Below are positions 1 to 9,410 of a stretch of 19,178 nt of DNA, piece after piece. The first letter of the stretch is position 1. Each line of letters begins with the position of its first letter. The notes under the pieces were generated by a model. That model ran no database searches, was not told where the DNA came from, and worked only from the letters and a program-made list of their open reading frames with translations. Source of the stretch: Fibrobacterales bacterium. GTDB lineage: Bacteria; Fibrobacterota; Fibrobacteria; Fibrobacterales; JAOPTW01. The translations under genes were made by a program, and so were the position numbers. The stretch spans positions 1 through 19,178 of the forward strand of contig JAOPTW010000031.1 in the NCBI GenBank assembly GCA_051532035.1, in the 5' to 3' direction.

Positions 1-130
1 TTTCCTGTTCTTCTATAGCCCATGCTATTACTGTAACGAGTGCTGAAAATACCAATGTAACACAAATGAGTATTACCCGTTAGGTTCGCCTTTTCTGGTA
101 TGACAACTTACTTTCCTTCAGATCCTTCAT
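1..130 (-). pseudogene. 5' part of a membrane-anchored protein gene with an in-frame TAA (runs off the window start)
   Basis: Manual translation from ATG at 130: MKDLKESKLSYQKRRT*RVILICVTLVFSALVTVIAWAIEEQE. A basic N-terminus and a hydrophobic helix are separated by TAA at 80-82. Confidence 0.45.
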
Positions 131-235
131 ATATGTATAGTATATCACAAAACAAATATTTAGACAACAGATACAAAGGACAATTTAGATACGTTGAATA
201 TACGTATAGTCGCCCTGAGGGGCACTTTCTATTGT

Positions 236-307
236 AGTTTAGTTTTGAGGTAAAGAAGAGACCATTATTATGATCCAAGTTTCGATGATAACGCTCTTGC
301 TTTTAGC
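236..307. repeat. Partial copy (3' module) of the long inter-cassette repeat
   Basis: ggtaaagaagagaccattattatgatccaagtttcgatgataacgctcttg closely matches the copies near 4678, 7352, 8112 and 9277. Confidence 0.9.
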
Positions 308-492
308 TCTCCCCCTTGTCTCAGGTCAAAATATCCGGCTGGCATGATTGATACCCAACTATACTACCGGCTTCGGATGTCTCACATGTTCTGCCACTAT
401 ATTCATTCCGCAGATACTATCATCGGCCTCTCGGCCTCCCTGTTCTGAGATTCGATACACTGCACCGCTGAGCGTTGCCCTGAGGATATCAA

Positions 493-1563
493 TCACCTAC
501 AACGTATACAATTTTCTATATCCTCAATATCAAAGAATTCATAATAATGAAGTTCTTCAATATCATCTTCTGAAATACCGGCATGCTGCTTTACACTTGA
601 ATACAGATCCTTAATATCATCTTCATAAGTCCTGTCAAGCAAATAAGTAGCCCCTCTAAGATGTCTTAAGCTTAGTTCATGGTCTGTATTGTATGACACT
701 TCAAAATCATTCCCATTTGTTACAAATGTTTCAATGGAAGGAGATAACATATCTTCTTGAAAAACCCTCAATACATCAACTGTACTATCCATATGAAAAA
801 TAAAGTTCAAATAGTCGTGATTCCCCACTGTCCAATTCGGCGTATAAGTAATTGTGTCACCAGCACTATATGTATATTCTGGTGCTGAAATTTCACCCTT
901 TACCTGCACAATCTGTTCATTTAATTCCCCCAATTCATTAACAATATATCGTTGTTTGATACTATCCTGAAAGAAAAATCCTACAATAGATAAACTATCT
1001 TCAGCCGTTTGTACAACAATATGGTCATAATAAGAAATGCATACGGTATCACTATCATAGTCTACCTGATATAATTGTGTCCCGTTATGGTCTGTATTGT
1101 GAACACGTATGTTTGGACAATCAAAAGAACCCGTATCGCCTGTTTCCTTATTAGTATAAGTAAATGAAGCACTCCACATTTCAGATACGTGACGAATTGT
1201 AAGATCTTTCTTGGTAATGAATGTGAATGCTGAAGATACTCTTTTTAAATATATATCCCCAGTAGAATCCTGTTTAACATTATTCTTTATATACTCTTCT
1301 AGATCAAAAGTGCTACCATTTTGATGATCACCAAAATATTTATCACATGCATTTTCTTTTAGCGGAGCCTCTGATGATTCAATGTTTTGTTCCTGCATTT
1401 CATCACTCAACTCCGACTCACTACTTGATGATTCTAAACTACTCACAAAATCACTACTTGAAGTCTCATGCTCTGCTTTTTCATGCTGTGTATCTAAAAT
1501 CATATTACATGCTACACACTGAAAAATAATTATGAGAAATCCCAATAAATAAATACGCATCAA
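493..1563 (-). CDS. Hypothetical lipoprotein with Ser/Glu-rich linker
   Basis: 356-aa ORF; hydrophobic signal ending in lipobox-like CVAC; SSS/E-rich linker; GGAGG RBS just upstream. Confidence 0.8.
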   Translation of the reverse strand: MMRIYLLGFLIIIFQCVACNMILDTQHEKAEHETSSSDFVSSLESSSSESELSDEMQEQNIESSEAPLKENACDKYFGDHQNGSTFDLEEYIKNNVKQDSTGDIYLKRVSSAFTFITKKDLTIRHVSEMWSASFTYTNKETGDTGSFDCPNIRVHNTDHNGTQLYQVDYDSDTVCISYYDHIVVQTAEDSLSIVGFFFQDSIKQRYIVNELGELNEQIVQVKGEISAPEYTYSAGDTITYTPNWTVGNHDYLNFIFHMDSTVDVLRVFQEDMLSPSIETFVTNGNDFEVSYNTDHELSLRHLRGATYLLDRTYEDDIKDLYSSVKQHAGISEDDIEELHYYEFFDIEDIENCIRCR

Positions 1564-1742
1564 ATAACCTCCATGGGCTTAGTAAATCCTTAAGATACAT
1601 ATAACTATTACAGTACCGATGATAAGAATACTTAGAGGCAACAAAACCTTGCAAACAGCGATGTAGATATTAAATTATGCAAAACGGACATTTTGCCTGA
1701 AACATACCGATAGTCATTGAAGTGTAGGGATGTCAAAATCGC

Positions 1743-2228
1743 CTACTTAACTGATAATCCGACTGCTGTATGAGTAATTTCATTATCAGGAGTGAGTAGC
1801 ATAACATCTCCTGCAAAAGAGCCAACTTGCAAACCAACAATGTTAATATGTATCTCAATATCTTGATTGGGTGCTATAGTTTCTGAAATATTGAATTCAT
1901 AAAAGTTAGAACTTTTTCGGATTGATTTAATGTTGTTACTTTGACCTACGATATTCATGTTGTTAATAAAAGAATTGTAGATATCAATACTTTCTAGTGT
2001 TTTACTTTCGTTACCTCTATTTTGTACTTGGAAGGAAATAGTAGCTGTATCGCCGAGTGCAATTTCTTTTGGTATTATCGTGTCAATTAAAAAGGGTGGA
2101 GATTGGTTTGTGAAAGTAAAAAACCATATTGCCAGTGCGACTACAAGTAATGCAATAAAAGACAAAAAAGATAATGTAATAATTTTAAATATTTTAAATG
2201 TGGGATTGTGTTTGTTTTTTGTGTTCAT
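1743..2228 (-). CDS. Membrane-anchored hypothetical protein, probable Ig-like beta-sandwich domain
   Basis: 161-aa ORF; N-terminal TM helix; beta-rich pattern ATISFQVQNRG...TIAPNQ; GGCTAAC cassette-end motif at 2293-2299. Confidence 0.75.
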   Translation of the reverse strand: MNTKNKHNPTFKIFKIITLSFLSFIALLVVALAIWFFTFTNQSPPFLIDTIIPKEIALGDTATISFQVQNRGNESKTLESIDIYNSFINNMNIVGQSNNIKSIRKSSNFYEFNISETIAPNQDIEIHINIVGLQVGSFAGDVMLLTPDNEITHTAVGLSVK

Positions 2229-2296
2229 TAATGTCTCGGTTTCCCAATAAAGGTTGTGTGTTGAATTAAATGTTTAAGTTGTGCACACGCAAGGCT

Positions 2297-2705
2297 AACT
2301 CTTATTATACATAAGGTAAGTTTATACCATACAAAATACCAATTTCATCAACAGATCCCAACCCCGATATCCCAGTACCTACTAATATCTTAAATGAATG
2401 CGCTATCCCCTGCTAACAGTCAACTGCAGTACCCGAGCTCCACAGAAAACATAACTCACCTAACGAGCCCCCAAAAGGGCATCTATGCCACCCCTACTGT
2501 ACCGTCCCCATCCCTGAAGGTGAGAATGTCTCACCGGCAGAACTCCACCGCTTGTATTCTAAGATGCACCCGAATCACTGAATTCAGGTATAGAGGAATG
2601 ATGTGATTGGGATAGTTGTTTTTAACAACCGACACAACACAGAGACTGAGTTGTAGTTGAGTACAGAAATGTGTTTAGTTACGGTGTAAAGCAAAGGCCA
2701 TTATT
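2297..2705. repeat. Long inter-cassette repeat copy R1 (left end intact, right end truncated)
   Basis: Starts AAC-TCTTA-TTATAC...ccatacaaaataccaatttc; contains the cagaactccaccgcttgtatt module, CTGAATTCAG and acaacacagagactgagttgt. Confidence 0.92.
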
Positions 2706-2726
2706 TTTTGTGTTGCTGTAACGTCC

Positions 2727-4271
2727 CTAAAACAAATATCGAACAGAAAGAGAGTACTCCTTAACAAACAATTTGCCAAGCTCTGCATTATCAACATAAT
2801 CACCCCGCAACAACACAGTATCACTCAAAGGACGCAGCCCCCGTTTATATCTATAGAGAAGCTGCACCGAAGGCGTAACCACAGCACCCGCCCCCATAAT
2901 CAGACCATAACTATATGACTGTATTGACACTTTTGAATCCGATAGTCCTTCGCTCGCCTGCTTCTCCCCTGAGTACACCTCACTGTGAAGAGGGACTGAA
3001 ATAAACCCACCCGCCTGTACAAAAGCAGTACTCAATACCGGATGTTCTACAGTAAAGGGAATACCAAGTAAATGCTGATCAATGTTAAGTACTTCATAGT
3101 ACAACGGTGTAAAAGACGATGCATTGTCTAAGGTAAGATTATTGGTTATAGATCTATATCGGTATTCAATACCTAATTCAAAAGTAATAGCATCAATAGA
3201 ATATCGAGTAAACATCCCAACCCCCATACTTGTGGTAAAGTCAGACTCAAAAGATACAGATGGCTCTCTTTCAGTACTATATTCTGATACCATCGAAATA
3301 TCAGTACTCACTCCAAAACAAATATCTGATTGTGGCTCTTTTACTGAGCCTTCATCATTAAGCTGTTCTACCAATGAGAAGGTATACCCTATTCCTACAT
3401 AAGGAAATAATGGGTACTCAACCGTGTGTTTTTCTTTATTAAGAGTCCCTAGAAACAGCCGAACCCCTCCATCTACAAAAAAGCCAGAGTTCTGATATTG
3501 CAAACCAAGTACTGGTGTCACACTCATAGGCCGGGGATATCGAGCCTCATTTCTATCCCTAAGTGGAGTACTCGTATTATTTTCAAATCCAGGTGTTGGG
3601 TCCCCAGGACTTACGCCGCTACCCTGGTCAATTTCGTGACTCGTCAGATGACCCAATTCCTCGTCATACAATTCACTCTCGCCAAAACTACCATTTAACT
3701 CAATAACCATTGAAAGGTGATCAGTCATTCTCTTACTGAACCCAACAGCACCATTCCATACATATCCATACTTAAGATACGAGAAACTCAAATCAGTATT
3801 CAATACTCCTTCAGGAGTGATCATAAAAGAGCCGAGTACCCCAACCCCAAATCTATCATAATCCCAATTATATGCCTCTTCAGTACTCAAAACAGATATT
3901 CTACGATAATACTCATCACCTACATCTAAGCTATAGGTCCCAAGTAGAGAAATTAATGTACGACTATCCATTGATCGATACACTAATGTTTTGACTCCGA
4001 AAAAAGTGAGTGCATCATCACTCAAGCTTAATTTTTGGGTACCTAATAGATATGAGACCTTTCCCCCATAATCAACGGACACTACATGTAGGTAGCCACT
4101 ATAGGTCTGTATGGCAACACTGAGACCACAGTTGACAGATGCTGAGGGAATAAGAATGAGCGCATCATGTTCTCTGCAAGGAGCCGACACCTCTGATGCA
4201 CTGACACATTGGAAGATGATTCCCAGTACCAGTATAGTATTGCGTAGGGTTATTTTTTTCATTGATACCAC
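2727..4271 (-). CDS. Outer-membrane beta-barrel protein (probably two barrel domains)
   Basis: 514-aa ORF; signal peptide; amphipathic aromatic-rich strands; internal YVGIGYTF and C-terminal SLSVRYLF beta-signal ending in Phe. Confidence 0.75.
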   Translation of the reverse strand: MVSMKKITLRNTILVLGIIFQCVSASEVSAPCREHDALILIPSASVNCGLSVAIQTYSGYLHVVSVDYGGKVSYLLGTQKLSLSDDALTFFGVKTLVYRSMDSRTLISLLGTYSLDVGDEYYRRISVLSTEEAYNWDYDRFGVGVLGSFMITPEGVLNTDLSFSYLKYGYVWNGAVGFSKRMTDHLSMVIELNGSFGESELYDEELGHLTSHEIDQGSGVSPGDPTPGFENNTSTPLRDRNEARYPRPMSVTPVLGLQYQNSGFFVDGGVRLFLGTLNKEKHTVEYPLFPYVGIGYTFSLVEQLNDEGSVKEPQSDICFGVSTDISMVSEYSTEREPSVSFESDFTTSMGVGMFTRYSIDAITFELGIEYRYRSITNNLTLDNASSFTPLYYEVLNIDQHLLGIPFTVEHPVLSTAFVQAGGFISVPLHSEVYSGEKQASEGLSDSKVSIQSYSYGLIMGAGAVVTPSVQLLYRYKRGLRPLSDTVLLRGDYVDNAELGKLFVKEYSLSVRYLF

Positions 4272-4280
4272 AAGAGCTCA

Positions 4281-4485
4281 TTATAAACAAAAGACGATTA
4301 ATGGTATAGATTTAGCAATTGCAAGTATTGATTTAAAGAGAGTAATCACTATAGGCCATTCAATATGAGCATGGTCAAGATCAACACCGACTCCCTCAGC
4401 CCACTTTGTACCAAATACATTGGGGGTATACCATAGCCATCCTACAAGAAATGATATTTCTAATCCAACTATTGCTGCGAGTCAT
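4281..4485 (-). pseudogene. Frameshifted, truncated DUF1761-like membrane protein gene
   Basis: AGGAG RBS and ATG at 4485; the frame shifted by one base (4481-4281) reads LAAIVGLEISFLVGWLWYTPNVFGTKWAEGVGVD..., resembling the DUF1761 G-x-x-W-Y-x-P-x-x-F-G-x-x-W motif as I recall it. Confidence 0.65.
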
Positions 4486-4517
4486 TTTACTCCTAAGCGA
4501 GCACTCAACCACAATCA

Positions 4518-4783
4518 AACCACCCTTCAGATAACAAAAACCCAAAACGACAGAGGTATCGGGAAGAACCACTGAATTCAGGTAGTGAGAAATGGGTGAT
4601 TCGGGTAGTGGTTTTTAATAACCGGCACAACACAGAGACTGAGTTGTTGTTGAGTACAGAAGTGTGTTTAGTTTCAGGGTAAAGAAGAGACCATTATTAT
4701 GCCCCAAGTTTCACTGATAGCGTTCTTGGTTCTAGCACTGTGTGCTCTATTTTTTACTCGACTTGGGGGGACATATAGATGTT
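4518..4783. repeat. Long repeat copy R2 (left modules missing, right end intact)
   Basis: accacccttcagataacaaaaa...ccactgaattcaggt...gacttggggggacatatagatGTT. Confidence 0.92.
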
Positions 4784-5432
4784 ATTTGGCGCTCATCCCC
4801 TTCAATTAACTCATTTTGGAGTTTGAATCACTCCATCATAAACTTCTACTAGTGAGAGCTGAAGATTGTCACCAACGTTATATTCAATGGAGTAATTAAC
4901 CAGAGCTTCAGGCTTGAAATTAATCAAGTCTAAATCCGTAACTTTAATCTCTTGGTAATTAACGGGTGGTATTTCAAGTATTGTAAAAAAGGGGTATTCT
5001 TTAAGCACAGCTTTTGCGGGTGTCCAGATTTCAAATTCATGACCTATTAATGGCAAGTATATGTCATACAAAAACTCTTTAGGTGAGTATTTTGGAATAA
5101 TTTCATCGAAAAATATATTCAAAACTTGATCAAGGTTACTTGGTCCACACATGATTTCAAGTACTGAGTTATCAGTTTTTATGAAATACCAGTCAAGTGG
5201 ATTGTTAGGATTTTCATTGCTTTGATTGACTATTGCTGCTTGCAAAGAAGTGTCTTGTAGGTCAAATTTGATTATCCAACCTGGGTTATCTAACGTATCA
5301 ATGGAGACGCCAAATGAATGTTCCCAATCACCGTTACAATTTGATCGATACCATTCTTGTAGTCGCTCAATAATATTGATCATGGCGTGTATCCCTTTCT
5401 GAGATGGTTAATTCTTCGCATAGCCGAATAAC
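4781..5432 (-). mobile_element. Gene-cassette body carrying Imm53
   Basis: Ends GTTATTTGGC (4781-4790) and GCCGAATAAC (5423-5432) are complementary (9/10 plus one G.T). Confidence 0.8.
4811..5383 (-). CDS. Immunity protein 53 (Imm53) family protein with C-terminal extension
   Basis: N-terminal LQEWYRSNCNGDWEHSFGVSIDTLDNPGW matches the Imm53 family motif; AAGGG RBS. Confidence 0.88.
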   Translation of the reverse strand: MINIIERLQEWYRSNCNGDWEHSFGVSIDTLDNPGWIIKFDLQDTSLQAAIVNQSNENPNNPLDWYFIKTDNSVLEIMCGPSNLDQVLNIFFDEIIPKYSPKEFLYDIYLPLIGHEFEIWTPAKAVLKEYPFFTILEIPPVNYQEIKVTDLDLINFKPEALVNYSIEYNVGDNLQLSLVEVYDGVIQTPK

Positions 5433-5806
5433 TCTCATTATACAGAAGTTAAGTTTATACCATACAAAATACCAATTTAATCAACAGATCACAGCCCCTA
5501 CATCCCAGCACCTACCATTATCATAAAACCCCCAAGGAACACCTATACCACCCCTACTATATCTTCCCCATCCCTGAAGTTGAGAATGTCTCACGGACAG
5601 AACTCCACCGCTTGTATTCAAAGATGCAACAAAACCACTGAATTCAGGTAGAGAGAAATGGGGTGATTAGGGTAATGGTTTTTAATAACCGGCACAACAC
5701 ATACACTGAGTTGTAGTGGAGTACAGAAGTGTGTTTAGTTTCAGCGTATAGAAGAGACCATTATTATGATCCATGTTTCGCTGATAACGTTCTTGGCTCT
5801 AGCACA
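5430..5806. repeat. Long repeat copy R3, left part
   Basis: AAC-TCTCA-TTATACAGAAG through tctagcac; interrupted at 5806. Confidence 0.92.
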
Positions 5807-5856
5807 GTTTATTAGCTCAGTCCTTACCCTAAGACAAAGACCGAGCTGTAGATGGG

Positions 5857-5946
5857 CTATTCAAATAATTCGAGAAGTTCTTTAATTAGACTAACGGCTT
5901 TAATAACCAACTTCAACATTTGAGTAGATATATTGAGAAACCTCAT
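5857..5946 (-). CDS. Small amphipathic peptide (29 aa), not in the ORF track
   Basis: MRFLNISTQMLKLVIKAVSLIKELLELFE*, with GAGGT RBS about 6 nt upstream of the ATG. Confidence 0.5.
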   Translation of the reverse strand: MRFLNISTQMLKLVIKAVSLIKELLELFE

Positions 5947-6239
5947 AATACAACCTCATGAACAAAGTTATAAATCAGTGTAAGTCCTGATTATATAGAC
6001 CTCCGAACTCTTAGTTAAAAGTAGTTGCGGGTGATGTAATTAAATATTCACTTTTTATCTAGAATTGAAGTGAAAGTACAAAGCACTTCTGCCTCCACTC
6101 AAATGGTGGGAATTTGATGTTAAGCCCTTAGGCCTCTGCGAGCGTTTTGATTGAACAGTGCAGGAACAAACTAAATATAACAAATGTTTTAGAAAGTGTC
6201 AGAATGATTTTCAGTTCGTGTTATGACGTAAACCCCGTG

Positions 6240-6292
6240 TCTAGCACTGTGTGCTCTATTTATTAATTGACTTGGGGGGACATATAGATGTT
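6240..6292. repeat. Long repeat copy R3, right-end part
   Basis: tctagcactgtgtgctctatttattaattgacttggggggacatatagatGTT. Confidence 0.9.
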
Positions 6293-7079
6293 AGCCTGCA
6301 GGTGAGATGATACCCCACTAATTTTTTGCAGTATTCCACGCTTCATTCAGGACTATGCTAGCTTCCTGCGCTAAATTTTTAAGCTCGTCCGTTGCATTGA
6401 AATCAAGGTTTAAAATATTATCAGCATCTAATATGTTAAATGTTTCTACGATTAACTTCCTAAATTTCGAATGGTCATTTTTGACTTCATCTATTTCAGG
6501 TTTTAAGTGTAAAAGTACATATTGACTTTTAGCCCCTGCGTCTAGATAAATTGGGCCATTATCATAAGCATAATCTCTCATTATTGTGATTTTTTCCACT
6601 TGAGATAGAGCTTCATCGATTGACTTATACTTGCTTTTAAAACTTACAAATGCTGTTTCTATGTAATGGTCATATTCTGCATATGCTTTCCTTAAAGACT
6701 GAATCCATTCTATTCTAGCTTTACGAATAATATTGGTCTTTTCTCTTTTTGTAGCAAACCATGCGGTTAATAAAAGTCCTAAAATACTAATTACGGCAGT
6801 AACAATGGGCTGGTAATGTTTGTACCATGGTTGATCATCTTGTTGTGAAGTCAAATTAATGAGTTTATTGTTATTGATTTTTAATGCTTGAATTTCAGAC
6901 TCTAAGAATTTGACTTTAGGAGAAGGGGTGTTGTTTTGGGTCTGATTTTGAGGAAAGCTCAGACCAACCAAAAGAAAAATAATCAAATAAATTTTAAGTA
7001 TATAATTTGATTTCATAAATAATCTCCGTATGTCGTTTTGGTAAAGCTAAGAAATAAAGTAAACTACTGCCAGGCTAAC
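6290..7079 (-). mobile_element. Gene-cassette body
   Basis: GTTAGCCTGCAG (6290-6301) pairs with CTGCCAGGCTAAC (7067-7079): 12 bp with a single bulge. Confidence 0.8.
6318..7016 (-). CDS. Hypothetical protein (signal peptide, one TM helix, helical C-terminal domain)
   Basis: 232-aa ORF; GGAGA RBS; fills the cassette. Confidence 0.85.
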   Translation of the reverse strand: MKSNYILKIYLIIFLLVGLSFPQNQTQNNTPSPKVKFLESEIQALKINNNKLINLTSQQDDQPWYKHYQPIVTAVISILGLLLTAWFATKREKTNIIRKARIEWIQSLRKAYAEYDHYIETAFVSFKSKYKSIDEALSQVEKITIMRDYAYDNGPIYLDAGAKSQYVLLHLKPEIDEVKNDHSKFRKLIVETFNILDADNILNLDFNATDELKNLAQEASIVLNEAWNTAKN

Positions 7080-7419
7080 TCTAATCATACAGACGTTAAG
7101 TATATACCATACAAAATACCAATTTCAGCAACAGATCCCAGCGTCTATATTCCAGTACCTACTATTATCATAAAAAGAGTATGCAATCCCCTTTCTAACA
7201 ACCATCCGCAAAGCCCGAAACAAAACCGATGCCATGAGAACCACTGAATTCAAGTAGAGAGAAATGGGGTGATTGGAATAGTGCTCTTGAATAATCAGTA
7301 CAACACAGAGACTGAGTTGTAGTTGAGTACAGAAGTGTGTTTACCTTCAGGGTAAAGAAGAGACCATTATTCTGATCCAAGTTTCGCTGATAGCGTTCTT
7401 GCTTTAAACACAGCTTGTT
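7077..7419. repeat. Long repeat copy R4 (internal deletion; ends at an alternative GTT)
   Basis: AAC-TCTAA-TCATACAGACG ... gctttaaacacagcttGTT. Confidence 0.92.
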
Positions 7420-7673
7420 ATGCTGGTGTTTCCGTCTTAGAAGAATTTAATGACTACTTGTAATACAGTAACAATCATTAATAGTGGGCCAATGATTTTA
7501 AAGATGGTCAGTGTTCTATCTTCGTATTTTGAAATTCTCTGAGGAATTAATTGAAATCCTAATGCTATCATTATAATCGATCCCAAAATAGGGATAACAA
7601 GATCTAGGTATTTAAAAATCATGGGAACCTTATTTGAGTTATAATGTTTTTAATGATGAGCTTCCAGTATAAC
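7417..7673 (-). mobile_element. Gene-cassette body
   Basis: GTTATGCTGG (7417-7426) and CCAGTATAAC (7664-7673): 9/10 plus one G.T. Confidence 0.75.
7437..7622 (-). CDS. Small two-TM membrane protein
   Basis: 61-aa ORF with two hydrophobic helices; sole ORF of the cassette. Confidence 0.7.
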   Translation of the reverse strand: MIFKYLDLVIPILGSIIMIALGFQLIPQRISKYEDRTLTIFKIIGPLLMIVTVLQVVIKFF

Positions 7674-8215
7674 TTTTAGTATACAGAAGGTAAGTTTATA
7701 CCATACAAAGTACCAATTTCAGCAACAGATCCCAGCCCCTATATTCCAGCACCTACTATTATCATAAAATCATCATGCAATCCCCTGTTACACCCATCTG
7801 CAAATCCTGACCTCGACAAAAAATATAACTCATCTAAAGAACCCTCTATTGAATCTTCCCTATCCCTGAAGCTAAGACTGTCTCACCAACAGAACTCCAC
7901 CGCTTGCATTCAAAGATGCACCAAAACCGCCACTCTACATAGTAAAGCACTACCACCCTTCAAATAACAAAAAACCGAAACGGCAGAGATGCCGGAAGAA
8001 CCACTGAATTCAGGTATAGAGAAATGGGGTGATTGGAGTAGTGGTTTTTAATAACCGGAACAACTGCAAGACTGAGTTGTAGTTGAGTACAGAAGTGTGT
8101 TTACTTACAGGGTAAAGAAGAGACCATTATTATGATCCAAGTTTCGCTGATAACGTTCTTGGTTGTAGCACTGTGTGCTATGTTTTTAGTTGACTTCGGG
8201 TGACATATAGATGTT
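7671..8215. repeat. Long repeat copy R5 (longest, ~545 bp, both ends intact)
   Basis: AAC-TTTTA-GTATACAGAAG ... gacttcgggtgacatatagatGTT; contains most modules seen in the other copies. Confidence 0.95.
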
Positions 8216-9005
8216 ATATAGCTGTTTCAAATATAAGCTACTTGTATATCAATATTACCACATAGTAACTTTACTGGGCGTCTCATGAATGAACAAATAT
8301 TCTCTAGTTTTGTATGTCTTATTATTCCATGTGTATTCAACGTATACTTGAAAATTAATGGTTGCATTACCATTGATGACGTTGTTTATAAATTGTTGAC
8401 GCTCCTTTTCCCAATTTTTATTAATAGGTGAAAACGCCATATCTGGTACGATAGGGACATTAAATATTATTTTATTATTAGGCGTTAATTCTTTAACTCG
8501 TTTTACAAAAACAGTACCTTTAGGATTCAAATATTCAATATACATGGAAACATCTGTCGCTGTTGATTTGCCAAAATTTTTCACTGTTATATGGTAATTA
8601 TTGCTTTTTCCTGGTGGCAAAATAATATCTTCAATAATATTTAAGGTCGGTCTATTTGATTTTTCAAATTGTTCAGCGTTCTGTTTTTTAAGTTTTAAAG
8701 TGAGGTCGATATTTTCTTTAATTTGTAACGAAATACCATCAGCATTGTCAATTACGGTTTCAGTGCCTTCTAAAATTTTATTTTGATTTGACAAAGAGTT
8801 ATTTTGAAATTGTTGAGATACTTGTTTTTCTGCCATAGACTCTATTTTTTCAAGTTCATGCAATTTAACATTTGCAATCAAACTGACAATGCCACCAAGT
8901 AAAACTCCAATAATTGGAGCTGCCCAAATAATTATTTTTAAAGTTAAAATTGAATTCATTGAGGGTCCTTTTATAACCTTTCCAATATTAATAGTGCTGT
9001 ACAAC
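8213..9005 (-). mobile_element. Gene-cassette body
   Basis: GTTATATAGC (8213-8222) and GCTGTACAAC (8996-9005): 8/10 complementary. Confidence 0.75.
8255..8959 (-). CDS. Hypothetical protein (N-terminal TM, coiled coil, beta-sandwich-like C-terminal domain)
   Basis: The ORF track starts at 9004, inside the cassette-end motif. ATG at 8959 (MNSILT...) with an AAAGGA RBS is more plausible. Confidence 0.82.
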   Translation of the reverse strand: MNSILTLKIIIWAAPIIGVLLGGIVSLIANVKLHELEKIESMAEKQVSQQFQNNSLSNQNKILEGTETVIDNADGISLQIKENIDLTLKLKKQNAEQFEKSNRPTLNIIEDIILPPGKSNNYHITVKNFGKSTATDVSMYIEYLNPKGTVFVKRVKELTPNNKIIFNVPIVPDMAFSPINKNWEKERQQFINNVINGNATINFQVYVEYTWNNKTYKTREYLFIHETPSKVTMW

Positions 9006-9382
9006 TCTCATCATACAGAAGATAATTTTATACCATACAAAATACCAATTTCATCAACAGATCCCAGTCTCTATATTTCAGTACCTACTATTATCTTAAA
9101 ATGACCGCGCAATCCCCTTTCTAACACCCACCTGCAAAACCCGAAACAAAACCGATGTTATAAGAACCACTGAATTCAGGTAGAGAGAAATGGGGTGATT
9201 GGGGTAGTACTCTTGACTAAACGGTACAACACAGAAACTGAGTTGTAGTTGAGTACAGAAGTGTGTTTATTTACAGGGTAAAGAAGAGACCATTATTATG
9301 ATCCAAGTTTCGCTGATAACGTTCTTGGTTCTAGCACTGTGTATTCTATTTTTTACTTGACCTGGGGGGACATATAGATGGT
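9003..9382. repeat. Long repeat copy R6
   Basis: AAC-TCTCA-TCATACAGAAG ... gacctggggggacatatagatGGT; same internal deletion type as R4. Confidence 0.93.
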
Positions 9383-9410
9383 AGCTGTGAATGCGAGTAC
9401 AGAGTGTCTT

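Noticed and set aside
348..614. Short antisense or overlapping ORFs (also 1347, 3124, 3498, 3717, 4111, 8601, 10276, 11332, 11648, 12188, 12322, 15315, 15558, 16062, 16875, 17125, 17998, 18953)
   Set aside because: Shadows of longer, better-supported genes; no recognisable motifs.
1640..1660. Left cassette end for the 1743-2228 gene (ccttgc complementary to gcaagg at 2289-2294)
   Set aside because: Only 6 bp match, with no GTT and no adjacent repeat terminus.
2394..2606. ORFs lying in repeat copies (also 7038-7247, 7195-7380, 8889-9104, 12687-12869, 14770-14979)
   Set aside because: Frames, starts and stops are not conserved between repeat copies.
5421..5448. Chromosomal dif (XerCD) site, ATAA-N6-TTAT layout
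   Set aside because: The right arm TTATACAGAAG departs from the XerD consensus TTATGTTAAAT and the left arm varies with each cassette; only a generic tyrosine-recombinase-like geometry remains.
6060..6170. Possible riboswitch upstream of the small peptide
   Set aside because: I could not match the conserved core of any riboswitch class by eye; an Rfam scan is needed.
7671..8215. Canonical attC or classical MITE/IS
   Set aside because: Too long for a canonical attC and lacks an L-box stem; no substantial terminal inverted repeats, target duplications or transposase.
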